This document shows, in pieces, positions 1 to 13,090 of a DNA stretch of 64,000 bases. Each line of letters begins with the position of its first letter. The stretch's first letter is position 1. The stretch comes from Octopus vulgaris (taxonomy: Eukaryota). Position numbers and translations under genes: made by a program. The stretch is taken from contig OX597814.1 in NCBI GenBank assembly GCA_951406725.2, forward strand, positions 15,934,001-15,998,000, read 5' to 3'. Below the pieces are notes generated by a model. It ran no database searches and was not told where the DNA came from. It was given only the letters and a program-made list of their open reading frames with translations.

Positions 1-1230
1 TGGGCATTTTAAAGACTTTTTCTATTACGGTCATGAAATGAGTGGAAACAAAATAAACTGAAGCACCAGCATCATCATCATCATTATCCTCACCATCACC
101 AATAATAACAACATCAACATCGTCATCATCATCGTCATCATCATCATCACCAACAACGTCGCGACCATAGCAATAGCAACATCACCAACGACAAAAAAGT
201 AAATAAATAAATAAAAACATTATCTACACCATCAGAAATAACAACAAAGCATAAAGGTATATAACACTACACAAATAGCAAAGACTTTCACAAACACACA
301 ACAACAACATTTCAAAAACAAAGACGAAATTTACACAAAAGAAAAATAAAAACAACACGGAAAATAAAAAAAATACAAAAGTGAATAATAGAAAAATAAA
401 TTAAGAAATCACGAATCTACTAGAACAAATATCGAATGGTAAATTGGAAAGTATTCTTATTATTGGTTTCATTTATTTATTTACTATTTATTTTGTTGTT
501 GCTATTGTTGTTGCAGTCCTTGTTTTTTACGCCTTAGCCTCTTCAGGTTTGGTTTTTAAAGTGTCTTTCCTTCTTAGCAGTGTTTATCATAAAAGAATTC
601 GATACCAAATCTTAATACAGTATTTCCTTCATTCTAGTTTCTTCATCTTTCTCTTTTCCTTCTTACTTTTCATTTTTGTTTTATATTTCAGGTTTTCTTC
701 ATTACATTTCTCTACCCATTTAAAAAAAAAAACAAACAAAAAACACAAATGCTTTATCTTCATCTGGGATTGCAAAAGTGAGAAACAAATGGTATTGAAA
801 AACTACTTACATGTGTTCGCAAATGCTCAAGTACGTTAAATTTTTGTTTTCCGATTTTACCGTCATTAAGTACAGGACAGAGGCTTAAATTTAGTTAGAA
901 ACTTGAAATGCTTCGTGTTCGATTCCAAATACGAAATATTCTACGTTGTGTTTTTATCTGAACTGCTGCAAAACCATTCTTAGAAATATTCATTAAAGTT
1001 ATTGTAATTCAAAGAAACAGTTTACATGGTCTATCTTTGTAAATGTCTACTCAATAAGCTTCACAAATTACAGGAGAACCGTGCACTATTAGAGGAGAGG
1101 TTTGAATATTATTCCTAACTTACCTACTCTTAAGGGTAGGTAATGTTGAAAATTATATGTATATCTATCTGCATATATACATATACACGTATTCACACAT
1201 CCACACATTTACGCGTACACACATACACAT

Positions 1231-1272
<42 letters not shown>

Positions 1273-1550
1273 CATAAATTATTAGAGAGTTAACCACTAT
1301 GTGGATAACTCTAGTGCTAAAAATAGCTCCGAAGCAACCACAGAAGATTTGTTTCCAACTAGAATCAACATACATTTAACGGAAGGAAAGTGAAATACAA
1401 CGAATAAAATAGATTGACCCTGTACAATTGTTTCATTACTAATGTAATATGTAGTTTTACTTACACATACATCTATAAATCTTCGGCAGAGTTTGTCTCA
1501 AATGCAATTAATTGGATCGATTCGAGCGTCAAAAACAATATGTATACCTA

Positions 1551-1782
1551 TTTCTTTATTACCCACAAGGGGCTAAACACAGAGGGGACAAACAAGGACA
1601 GACATAGGTATTAAGTCGATTACATCGACCCCAGTGCGTAACTGGTACTTAATTTATCGACCCCGAAAGGATGAAAGGCAAAGTCGACCTCGGCGGTATT
1701 TGAACTCACAACGTAACGCAGACGAAATACCGCTAAGCATTTCGCCCGGCGTGCTAACGTTTCTGCCAGCTCGTCGCCTTAT
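1551..1782 (-). mobile_element. tRNA-derived SINE, family A (window-local name)
   Basis: Minus strand GGCGACGAGCTGGCAGAAACGTTAGC head, B-box-like GAGTTCAAAT, core GCCTTTCATCCTTTCGGGGTCGATAAATTAAGTACC, AATAAAGAAATA tail; TSD ATATGTATACCTA at 1538-1550 and 1783-1795; homologous copies elsewhere in window. Confidence 0.92.
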
Positions 1783-2181
1783 ATATGTATACCTACCTAC
1801 CTACCTACACTCACACACATACACACGCACACAGACACACACACTTATTGGTTCAGCTCATAAATAATACATTTTTTTTTATACTTCTTTTACTTTTCAA
1901 GATTGAGATAAACAAAGTTCTTTTTTAATCAAAAATATACTCTCCTCCATTTTCCTGGCTCAGGATTTCTGGAATCACCATTGCCAAAGGCGTACGCTTT
2001 TTGTCCGATCCTCATATACTGCATCAATATTCCTCGCACTTTCCGTTGCGTTGTTGCTGTTACTGAACTCATAAGGCAAAATATGCCGAGTATCCACCTT
2101 TGCCACTTTCATTTTGGTTTTGAAAAAATAACTGTTAGATTCGAACTGCATTCTTCAGAACTTGCACTAAGAATAAATTGA

Positions 2182-3610
2182 TTTTTTTTTTAATTTCACA
2201 CCAGGGGGAGAACATGGGTCAGATTAACGAATGATATTTACACAAAGATGAATTAAAATTTTTTTTAACAAATATAAAAAACGGATGATAACACAGACGC
2301 GAAGACATTACGGATGGAGTGGGGAGGCGGGTTCAACTCTGACCCCACGAGCTCCGCCTCACCACTGATGCCTGAGACTCGCCTTGCGCCGCATTCATGA
2401 GGTACAGTTCATGCGCAACATTCATCCATCGATTATCAAACAAGGTCGCAGTCAGGCATTTTATTTCTAGCCCTATTTTTCTTTTCAGGTGAAAGGTGAA
2501 ATAATTCACCAATTCAGGGCCAGAGATGAAGATGTCTGGCTTCAACCCTTTCAGCCTCGTCTTCCAAATTACCTCTCTCTCAATTGCTACTACAATGAGA
2601 AAACAATTCTTACCTTCTTTCAAGAGGAAATCCCGCGGGTCAATTTTTACAATTGACTCAGTCGATAGCTGTACTCTTCCTGAACTTGACATCAGATGTT
2701 CAGCATAAACCCACACGTCCGACACCTTCGAACACTGAACAACAGCGTGCGGGACGGTTTCCCTATCTCGCTCGCATCATGGACAGGTCGAAGGGCCGTG
2801 GCCACTATGACTTGTGAGCTTGTCCCGAACCGGTAAGTCTCCGCGGTAACACTGCCATGCCAGAGACTTCTGAAAGTTGTCCAGGGTCTTCGGCTCGAAT
2901 GTGCGTTGGAACAGACTGGCCAGCTGATTATCGTCGAGACCTAGGGTTACCCCTAATGTATCGTCACATTCCACCTCTACTAGCCCTCTATAAAGAATGC
3001 GGTGGAACCACCACCGCAGGCATTACCCGAGCGACGGAATAGCAGGAGTACCTTTCGAAACTCCATAAACCATGTACCCAAATTCGATCTACGATAGAAC
3101 CAAGGTTCCTGTCCACAGCGAAGACCACACCCGTTCACCACCCAGGTAGAGCCACAGATGCCTCAGCGCATGCCTGCGCATCAATAGCCAAGGCATCCCT
3201 AGCCCAACCTTTAACGGTTGTTGGCAGCAAATAGAGCGTCCCACAAGCGGTTTCAAGCCCTTCCACAAGAAGTGGATTAGATCTCTTTCCAGCTTGATCA
3301 AACACGAATCTGGGCAAGGAACGACAGTTAGGCAGAAGGTGATGACCGATGCAATGAACACATTGGCTACTCCGTCCCCTTTTTCAGGGATAGCCACCAC
3401 CAAGACCAGGTCTTGACTATGTGGGTCACCCTGCTCGATACCTCGGCCCAGTTCTTCTCTGTTTGGAGGTCTGCACCGAACCAAACTACCAGCAACTTAA
3501 TCAGACCCTCTGTCCAACGTCCCACGACGCTGTCAGGAGGCATCGACTTGCCACCCCAGGTGCCGAGCTGCAAGCCGACTGACTTTTCACGATTAACTTT
3601 TGCTCCTGTA
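2182..3610 (-). mobile_element. 5'-truncated, frameshifted Tx1/L1-clade LINE (ORF2 C-terminal part)
   Basis: Broken frames give TGAKVNREKS, LIHFLWKG...VGLGMP, AWQCYRGDLPVRDKL...TCP*C...ETVPHAVVQC (zf-RVT/CCHC-like) and REVIWKTR; T run at 2182-2191 reads as poly(A) tail. Confidence 0.85.
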
Positions 3611-3912
3611 ATATTCTTATTTTACGTAGGTAAAGAGAAAAAAACAGCGAATCTACCCGACTTTGATTAACCACATACGTATTTCGGGACAGTATTGCTG
3701 CCTGGGAGATATCTTATGGCAGAGGAATAGTATTTAACTGCTATTTCTAAATTTCGGTATGTGGTGAAGCAATTTGCTGAACCCTAATCATAAGTATGCT
3801 TATAATTATAAACTTTTTGTATCAACACACACACACACACGCACACACCCACACACACACGCACACACACACACGCACGCACTCACACGCACATACACAC
3901 ACACACATATTT

Positions 3913-4115
3913 ATAGTTGATCCAAACATGAACAAAGAGAAAACACAACAACGCGAGGACGTTGAACATGTATAGTGTTATCGGACGCTCATGAAAGGAA
4001 AGAAAGAAGGAGGAGTTAACGTTTCGAGCGGAGCACTTTGTCAGAAACATAGAAAAAGGAAAGATCCAAGGAAGGGAATACGGAGAAAGAAAATCCCAAC
4101 GATACATACGCCGTC
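3913..4115 (-). mobile_element. short non-coding repeat with hammerhead-like core, probably Penelope pLTR-derived
   Basis: Homologous to 44081-44215 (ATCCAAACA...CAACGCGAGGACG...TTTCGAGCGGA...TCAGAA); minus strand CTGACAAAGTGCTCCGCTCGAAACGTT; flanked by (CA)n. Confidence 0.55.
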
Positions 4116-4166
<51 letters not shown>

Positions 4167-5548
4167 GTGCATGAATATGGAGTGATAAATTTGATTCTGT
4201 TGTTGACTTGGAAAGAAAGATATAATAAATAGACATTTTATACTATGAAACAGTGGTATCGTCTAAATGTGTTCCTTGTTTCATCGCCAGAAAAATTGTT
4301 TTGAAATGTTAAACAATCTCTGTATTTGATTATATCAACAGCAGCATCATTCAAGAAGCTATAAGCAAAGTAAGGAAGCTCAGAATGCTATAGAAAACAA
4401 CTATATAAAAAAGAAATAATTAATACGTCGACTAAAGGATAAGACGATTCTAAATTCTGTTGTACAGAACCCGGCAACAGAATGTAAAAATATGGGACTA
4501 AATACTGTATGCTATTTTATTCGATGTTTTCATATAACTTTTATTTATCATCCTATTGATCTTAAATATTTTAAATCGTATTAGAAAAGACAGATAATTA
4601 TTTTTTCAAATCATATTGCTGATAAGAATAATTAATGTGATTTCGTTTCATGAACTGTTTTTGTTAATAAATCCAGCTTAAGAGCTTAAAGCTGCCAATC
4701 GCATTCAGATATCAGCTGGAGTCGATTTATTTTCTTTGTCTTCAGTGAAGCCACAACTGAGAATTCTACAACGCGTAAGCATGTCGAAGATTGGTGGCTT
4801 CAGGAGTTGAACTGTTTTCTCACACTCGACGAGCAGTATTTATTCATAAAGCTATTAAAAAATTGAAGCAATAATTTCTGTTTAATTTTTACTTCCTGAC
4901 GTACCCATATCACTAGTCACTTGTACGAGTTTTTGTTTCCTTTATAGGGACGTTGAGATTTATACTCACACACATACGCAGACACACATAAGACAATGAG
5001 CACAAACACAACATACGCACACAAACACACGCATAAATGTATTTACTTGGCACAGATATCTTCAGTAATTTCAAAGAAAATTTCCAAATTTATAATTATT
5101 TATGTGGCAATATTGGTTTTACATTATTAAAATGTTCACATTTAAACAATTAAATTCATTCGAATCATATATTGTTACAAAAAAAAATGTATTTTGTAAA
5201 TATTGTAATTTTCAGTGGGACTATTTACCTATTATTAGTCATTCTATTATAAAAAAATGTTTTATGCGTATATGATCCATAAATCAATCACTTAATATAT
5301 GCCCACCATATTCAAACTTTGGAGTGAGAAAAATGCATATCTATTAATTGTTAAGTGTATATATACATACATAGATAATCAAAGGAACAATGATTAATTA
5401 AAGAAATCTCTGCCTCAGTCCTTCTTTTTTATTTAATGTGCGATGACATTTCGATAATTTGTTTCAATCCTTTAGAAACTTACATTATTTGTCATTGCAA
5501 AATTGAATAAATTTGAATAATTTTACGATAATCAAATTTTATAAATTA

Positions 5549-5938
5549 CTAGAAGTATCGCCCGGCGTTGCTCGGGTTTGTAAGGGAAATAACTATAAAG
5601 CATTTTTAGAGAGTTATAGCCAAAAAATAGCAAAAAATGCATTAAAAATGGAAAAAAAATTATGGTAATTTTTTTTTTAAATCGTTGACTCATCGTAGAC
5701 ATTTTTAGAGAATTACTTCCCTTTATTTAAAAAAATGCGTTAAAATGGAGAAAATGATGGTAAATTATTTTTAAAATCGTAGACTCATCGTAGACGCGCG
5801 CTAATACGCAGAAGGGCTCGATATGAATCACGTCTATAAGATACCCGGTTTTGGTTAAACTGCATCGCAAAATATGGGAGTAGTTAGGAATCTAAATCGG
5901 AGTAGACAGACACACAACTTCACTTTTATATATAAAGA
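5549..5938 (-). mobile_element. non-autonomous Helitron-like element
   Basis: Minus strand begins TCTTTATATATAAAAG and ends CCCGAGCAACGCCGGGCGATACTTCTAG (subterminal hairpin + CTAG); inserted between A and T with no TSD; copies at 37773 and 49571. Confidence 0.85.
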
Positions 5939-6276
5939 TGTTTAGTCTACAGAACAAAAACAATTTTCCCCGTTCAGACTCTGTTGACAATCAAAACTAA
6001 CATCAGCTAGAAGAGTCTAAGCATATTTGCCATTTATATTTATTTTATTTATTTCTATGATTACTTATAATGACTATAAGAATGGGTGATCATTGAGTTG
6101 AGAACTCCAGTTTCAACCAAAATGGTGTCTCCGAGGATGCAGATCGGAATCACTTTTATTATTTTACCTTCGTTTAGTTGGTAGGGAAGATTTATGCTAT
6201 GACAATGTATTGAGAAGAATTAATTTTGGAGATATTTCGAGGCAAATGAAAATGAAATCAACATTTCTGGTGTGTA

Positions 6277-6673
6277 TACTCTTTTACTCTTTTACTTGTT
6301 TCAGTCATTTGACTGCGGCTATGCTGGAGCACCGCCTTTAGTCGAGCAAATCGACCCCGTGACTTATTCTTTGTAAGCCCAGTACTTATTCTATCGGTCT
6401 CTATTGCCGAACCGCTAAGTGACGGGGACGTAAACACACCAGCATCGTTTGTCAAGCAATGCTAATGGGACAAACACACACACATACATACATACATACA
6501 CATATATATACGACAGGCTTCTTTCAGTTTCCGTCTACCAAATCCACTCACAAGGCGTTGGTCGGCCTGGGGCTATAGCAGAAGACACTTGCCCAAGGTG
6601 CCACGCAGTGGGACTGAACCCAGAACCATGTGGTTGGTTAGCAAGCTACTTACCACACAGCCACTCTTGCGCC
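6277..6673 (-). mobile_element. tRNA-derived SINE, family B (CORE-like, internal microsatellite)
   Basis: Head GGCGCAAGAGTGGCTGTGTGGTAAG...GGGTTCAGTCCC, CCTTGGGCAAGTG CORE-like motif, internal (TA)/(TG) tract, tail CAGTCAAATGACTGAAACAAGTAAAAGAG. Confidence 0.92.
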
Positions 6674-7028
6674 TGTATGTGTATATAAAAAAATATCTTG
6701 TGTAAATGGAATAAATAACGACTTGCAAGTCGGTTATCAATACTGATTTTTGTGTAACTTATCGACAGCTTTAGTGAATTATCAACATAAAATTATAAAA
6801 TGCGTATTGCTCACACTGTATTTGCTTTTAAACCATTAAATTAATATATAATTTTCTCTTTTACCGTTTAGGAAATTAGCGTATGATTCCTACGATAATC
6901 TTATAAACTGAAAAGCTGAGGTGAGTTTAACTCAAGGCATTAGGTGAGAGTCACCGACGAGCATTAATATAAATGCGAAATCACTGAAATATGGCTATTC
7001 CAAGGCGCTGAGGAAACTTATCTCCCTT

Positions 7029-7084
7029 GTGGGACCGAACTCGGAACTATGTGGTTAGTAAGCAAGCGACTTACCACACAGCTA
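7029..7084 (-). mobile_element. SINE family B head fragment
   Basis: GTGGGACCGAACTCGGAACTATGTGGTTAG...CTTACCACACAGC matches the family B 5' region. Confidence 0.7.
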
Positions 7085-7134
7085 CTATATACACACACAC
7101 ATATACAGACACACACGCATATATTGATCAAATC

Positions 7135-7513
7135 AGTTTGATTCAAATTCGTTGGTACTCTTGAGTTTCAAGCGTAATACTAATCGTCAGCCATTTTAAA
7201 TAGGAAGGGGCGACATGTGCAATTACATAAAACTATCTTACTGCTCCCCACCCCGACAACAAACTGACCGATTTCCTAATCGCTAGCGATATATTTCCTG
7301 TCTTCCACGTGGTCAATTTCCTGTTCACCATGCAGTATTTTCCGTGTGACGTTCCTCGACAAATCGCAGCCCATCCTATGGTAATAAGAATCAACTTTTT
7401 ATCAAATTCAAAATGGCTGACGATTTGCTTCACGTTTTAAATTCAAGAGTACCAACGAATTTGTATCAAACTTTTGATACATACGTGCAACTCCAAATAA
7501 ATTTCCACTCACT

Positions 7514-7516
<3 letters not shown>
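7135..7516. mobile_element. MITE-like fold-back element (probably Tc1/mariner type; left terminus eroded)
   Basis: About 67-bp inverted arms 7135-7201 / 7406-7472; right end runs into (TA)n. Confidence 0.6.
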
Positions 7517-7547
<31 letters not shown>

Positions 7548-8799
7548 ATATTAATAAATAAAACATATGCATATATATATATACATATACGTACGTACCT
7601 ACCTCTACATGTATATATACACGCATAAATGAGTACAGGACACCAAAAAACCGTCGAACACAATGAGAAACGAAAACATAGACACAAACCCAAGGAACTG
7701 GACATTTTTCTTAAACAACCAAAAAATAGAGTACAGGACAAATAACACAAGGAAAAAACCCCTTCTTCAGTCGCCATGGTTTCATCTACTCTACGTTTCG
7801 AAGGTGAGATGTATCTTCGATAGAAACTTTCCTTCCTGCGAAAAGCAAATCAAATAAAATTTGAGATCTTTTTGCAGAGGGGTAAAAATGGTAACAAAAA
7901 CAGGACAGTAACGACAGTACAAAATATAAGCAGTAAAAGACAGGACAAGGAAAATAACAAGACAAGAAGGGCTGTTAAGCCGAACGAAAAAAAATATTAC
8001 GAACGCTATTTCTGTGGACGGCGAAGGGGACAAAGAAAATTGCCGTCCACACCTCAAGAAGGTCAGGCGAGAAAGAAGGTGGCAAGGCTCTCGTCGCGGG
8101 TTAATGGCGGGAGGGAGGAGGAGGAGGAGTAAGAGAAAGGGAGAGAAGAAAGGGGAATGGTTGTGAGGAAACCAGAAAGAATGAAGAATGAGAGAGAGGG
8201 AGAGAGAGAGAGTGAAGCACGAGAGAGAGGGAGAGACAGTTAAGTTGCAGAAAAGGAAATCAAAGAATGAAGGCTGAGAAAGGGAGGGGACAGAAAGGTT
8301 AAGAGTGCGCATATATATATATAAATATCTCGACGAGGAGAATGCCGTGAGTAGCTAGTTTTATTGCATAAGTCTATAATATAGTTCCGTCGAAGATTAA
8401 CTGGCATATTGTTAGTTAATGTACGAAATAAAATATCGTATCAATATTATCCCATTCCTCTTGTTAATATGTGCATAAACTCTACGGATATTTATAGATT
8501 TTTAGATAGCGAAGCGATCGATTTTCGTTGTACAATAGTCTTCGATAGCTGACACATGTGGGCGGGCTATATAAAACAACTCCAAGATTAAAATGCCAAG
8601 CCCAAATGGAATTTATATATATATACGTATACTTTTGTGTGTGGGTGTGTGTGTGTATGTGTTTATTTATGTGGGTGTATACACGCACATATAACAGTAA
8701 CACCTACAAATGAAAATAGATTTTAGAATTAAAGAGACAATATATACTAATGCTAGTAAAAGGACACAAGACCTGTCTGGCAATTTATAATTCCTTTAT

Positions 8800-9001
8800 T
8801 ACTTCTTTTATTCTTTTAGTCATTTGACTGCGGCTATGCTGGAGCGCCGCCTTTAGCCGAGCCAATTGACCCCAGGACTTATTCTTCGTAAGCCTAGTAC
8901 TTATTCTATCCATCTATCTTGTCGAACCACTAAGTGACAGGGACGTAAACACCCCAGCATCGGTTGTCAAGCGATGTTGGGAGGACAAACACAAACATAC
9001 A

Positions 9002-9071
<70 letters not shown>

Positions 9072-9179
9072 CGACGGGCTTCTTTCAGTTTCTGTCTACC
9101 AAATCCACTCACAAGTCTTTGGTCATCCCGATGCTATAGTAGAAGACACTTGCCCAAGGTGCCACGCACTGAGACTGAA
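8800..9179 (-). mobile_element. SINE family B, head truncated
   Basis: Homologous to 6277-6673 with an expanded internal (TA)n. Confidence 0.9.
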
Positions 9180-10494
9180 TGGAAAACGACACTAGTAGTC
9201 ATATTTAGTTTCTCTGAAATACAATTGTTACAATCACCACTGCCCAATAATTAGAGTAATTACATTTTTAACAAACATAATTTGTTAACTTTGAGCATTT
9301 TTCTTGTTCTTGAAAAATGTTCCAGCATCTATGTTCATGTTAAATAATTTTATGCACCTTATTGAAGACCCAACAAAGTATTGTTTTAAGAAAGAAAATT
9401 GACCTATTAGCTGAAATGATGAATGGTAAAAAGTAGTAAATAATACAATGAACACACTCATTGAAAATGTTTCACAATCTTTATGTCAATATATTCACCA
9501 AAATTCGATATTTTTCTTACTTTTAATTCTTTCCCAATTGGCACTTCAGATGTACGAGAGACAGTAACCTAAATAATCATAAATGATCTGTTCAGTCTTA
9601 ACACTCACTCATCCTATCTTACATTCATACATACACAACCACGCACATACACATGCACACAACTATTTTTTGTTTTGTAATATTATCCTCCTTTAATTTT
9701 GGCATTGTTTTTTTTTTATTCCCAAGATATTAAAATCTTGAATTTGTTACAGTCCATGTAGCTTTACTATTTTCTCCAATGTAATTTGCGTCTTGTAACT
9801 GATCAACTAGATAAATCTATATCTTGTTTGTATAATTAGCATCTGATGATGTACACATCTGTTGTTCTTCCACCTTTGGCTTAACGTATTTACTGTGTGA
9901 AAAGTTCAGTTCTCAAAATACGGTTTCTAAGTTTTGTTCTATGTAAACGAACGTATGCAAAGTTACTATTTGGCGCTATACCAGTATAACAATTATCAAT
10001 GATTCTCCATCCATACGATCCGTCATTTTGTATATATAGGACTATATTATCTAATGTTTCTTACATGAAGATTGTAGGGTATTCCTTGAAACTGGAGGGG
10101 ACGTTACAACTGTCATATCGATTGAGTGTGTAGATAGGTGAAAAAGAATAAGCTAAGGCAAATCTTGTCATCTACGCATGAACACTCATGCGCGCACATA
10201 CACTCACACATAACGTGCATACACGCTCACGCCTACAAATGTATGCATTATAGTGACAACGAACTTGGCATGACTTCTAGAAATAAAAATATTTATCAAT
10301 CATATGTCTTTTTTTGCAATATTTCTTAAGGTAATTACATTCACAGAAAAGGACGAAGAAATGATCCTTTGTCAGAAATACTTCTAAAATATTACTACAC
10401 GGAACAATCTTTTTCTCAAAGATAGAAAAATACAATATCAGAAATTCGATTGCTATATCTGTTAATTGTTACATTTTTTTGTTTATCTTCTCTT

Positions 10495-10880
10495 AATTGT
10501 TATAACTATAGGAAATTGTGACTTCGTCATACAGACAGACCATACTACTGAGACAAGGGGACCAGACACGATTATAGAGGACAAAATAAACAAACAATGG
10601 AAGATCATAGATTTTTGCAATTGCTTATGATAATAGAGTCGGTACCAAAGAAATGGAAAAATTTGAAAAATACCACGACCTATCCAGAAAGCTGAGGAGA
10701 CTGTGGAAGACCAAGACAACAATTATTCCTGTAGTAATAAGGGCACTTGGCACAGTACTTCAGATGCTACCTAAAACGGGGAAAAAAGAAAACTGAAAGA
10801 AATTAGAATTTACATTTGCATCGTTGACCTTCAGAAAAATAACATCTTGTCTACAAAAGTCCCAAGAAAAATCTTTGGGG
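10495..10880 (+). mobile_element. decayed R4/Dong-like restriction-like endonuclease (RLE) fragment
   Basis: Frameshifted translation DFVIQTDH...PD...KIIDF/AIAYDNRV..KEMEKFEKYHDL...LW...IIPVVIRALG, paralleling the RLE of 15551-18056. Confidence 0.75.
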
Positions 10881-11628
10881 ATGATTTTTTGTCTGTCCGA
10901 ACAGAGAAAACAGTAGAGAATATTTACATTTTCGAATTCTCAGGGAGAAAGGAAAGGATATGTATTCACAGAAGTTTTAGATATTACAGAATTTAAAGCT
11001 GATCTACGGTCTTCATATCTGTCGAATTCTACGCAGTGTAGCTTTGACACCGTAAATTTCGTTCCTCGAGATGAAGAAGCGATTATCTATATAGAATGGT
11101 GCATAGTATACATTCTGTAAAAATAGCCATTTCTTCATCTTGAGATACGAAACTGTATAAGAAAAAGTAGGCACAAAAAAACAACGGTGAAGAAATAAAT
11201 AAAATGTTCCAATATGGAAGCAGCAAATCAGGCCAGTCAGGAAGCCCTTCAGCATCTGAATTACCCTTATGGCGAAGGGTATGTTCCCCCTCCATGTAGT
11301 TCACTTTAGGCCATTGGTGCATTCTGAATGTGTGTTCTTTCACAAAGGCCTTCTTAACCAATCCCAAGAAATTTACAGGACAACAGTAATTTCCTTTCCA
11401 CTTTAAACTTTCTTATTCAGTGGATCCTGAATAAGTTAATGAGAGTCCCACCGGTGTCAATTGAACGTTATCAACCAGAAGATACTATTCAAACGGTGCT
11501 CATCTACAACCAGAATAGCTCAGAAGCCACCGTCGCTCGTCTTCTAATAACTTATTTCAACACACAAGTGTTATTCAGCCAACCGCATTGTCTAAATGGT
11601 ACAGTACGTTGACCGTCAGTAAGCATAC

Positions 11629-11674
<46 letters not shown>

Positions 11675-12177
11675 TGAACAATAATTATTTTAAAAGAAAG
11701 GTTATAAAAAAAAAAAGCGGAGGTGGTGAAGAATGCAAAAGAAGATATTAGCGAAATATATGTAAATGAAGAGAGAATGAATAGCGAACGTGTCGACTGT
11801 AATTAGCTACTTAGCTGGGGGTATGGGTGAAGTTGAATGAGAAAAGTGCACAGTTTAATTAACGTATAGAAGTGAAACAGATTGTCAGCATCAGCGGTAG
11901 CGTACGGTATTGTGTGAAAGTAAAAACAAACAAAAAAAGAAGTAAATAGATAAAAAAAAAAAATGCTGAAAAATAAATATTACTGACCGGAAGTAGTCCG
12001 TATATTTTAAATGCACCTGTAGAGAAAAGGATTAGCGAATTCTTGCCTGTCTGAAATCATTGTTCTATTGCGGTCGGCATGTAATTGTTACTGCTAGTCT
12101 AACGTTAAAACTAAAACCCACAACCCAGCAACGCTATTAATTTTTGTAATAGCTGTAGCGGTAATGGACTAGTGGTA

Positions 12178-12216
<39 letters not shown>

Positions 12217-12442
12217 ACAGCGGCTACACCAACAACAAAGACGATAATAATGAAGAAGATGATGATGGTGATGATTGACAAGGAGCTCGTAAACTAATTA
12301 AAATTTCCATGCAAATTCCAAATTCCAGGAACTGATAACGTCACAAGTTTTCGGCTGACGGCAGAATACATACAAACATACATATATTCATACATACATA
12401 CATACATACATACATACATACATACATACATACATACATACA

Positions 12443-12474
<32 letters not shown>

Positions 12475-13090
12475 CGCATACATATAAATGAATTACAAGT
12501 GAACAAGAATCACGTAAACAACTTCAGTAGCTTATAGCAGATTCCGCTGTATGAAGTGCGCACAGTGTTGAGATTTTGTGCAATATCTAATTGCTTCATC
12601 AGAGCCATTGAAAAGTTACATGTATGCCTGTACGTATGTGTGTATGTGTGTATATGTTATGTCAGGTCGTTCTTCAGTGCTACTGGTACCATGTAGTCCA
12701 GTACAACCTGTTCCATGGTCGGGTCGTCGGCGACTAAACTGGCAACCCCACTAGGCTTGCTTGGCGAGGTGGGTGCTTGTTGAACAACCAACGGGACAAA
12801 AAATAAGACCCGTCAAAGGGCGGAGGAACTACAAAGTAGTCAACAGCCATTCAACTACGTGTGTTTATGGAGTGTTTGTATGTGTGTATTGTATATATTG
12901 CATTTTAAGCTCTGTGTGTGTGTATGGTAAATACTGTTTTTTCCATATGTTTGTGTACATATTATATATTGTGTTTTTAAATTGTATATATTATATGTCA
13001 ATCTTATTTTAAAATTTACTCAGATTTTATCGCAATTTTTAATTTGTATTTATTTCTCTTATTCTATTTTCTTTTTTAATAAGTAGATGA

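Noticed and set aside
444-839. 131-aa hydrophobic ORF
   Set aside because: T-rich low-complexity composition with a non-ATG start and no recognisable motif
12657-12855. GC-richer segment as a ribozyme-bearing retroelement 5' end
   Set aside because: Only small hairpins visible; could not build an HDV-like or hammerhead fold
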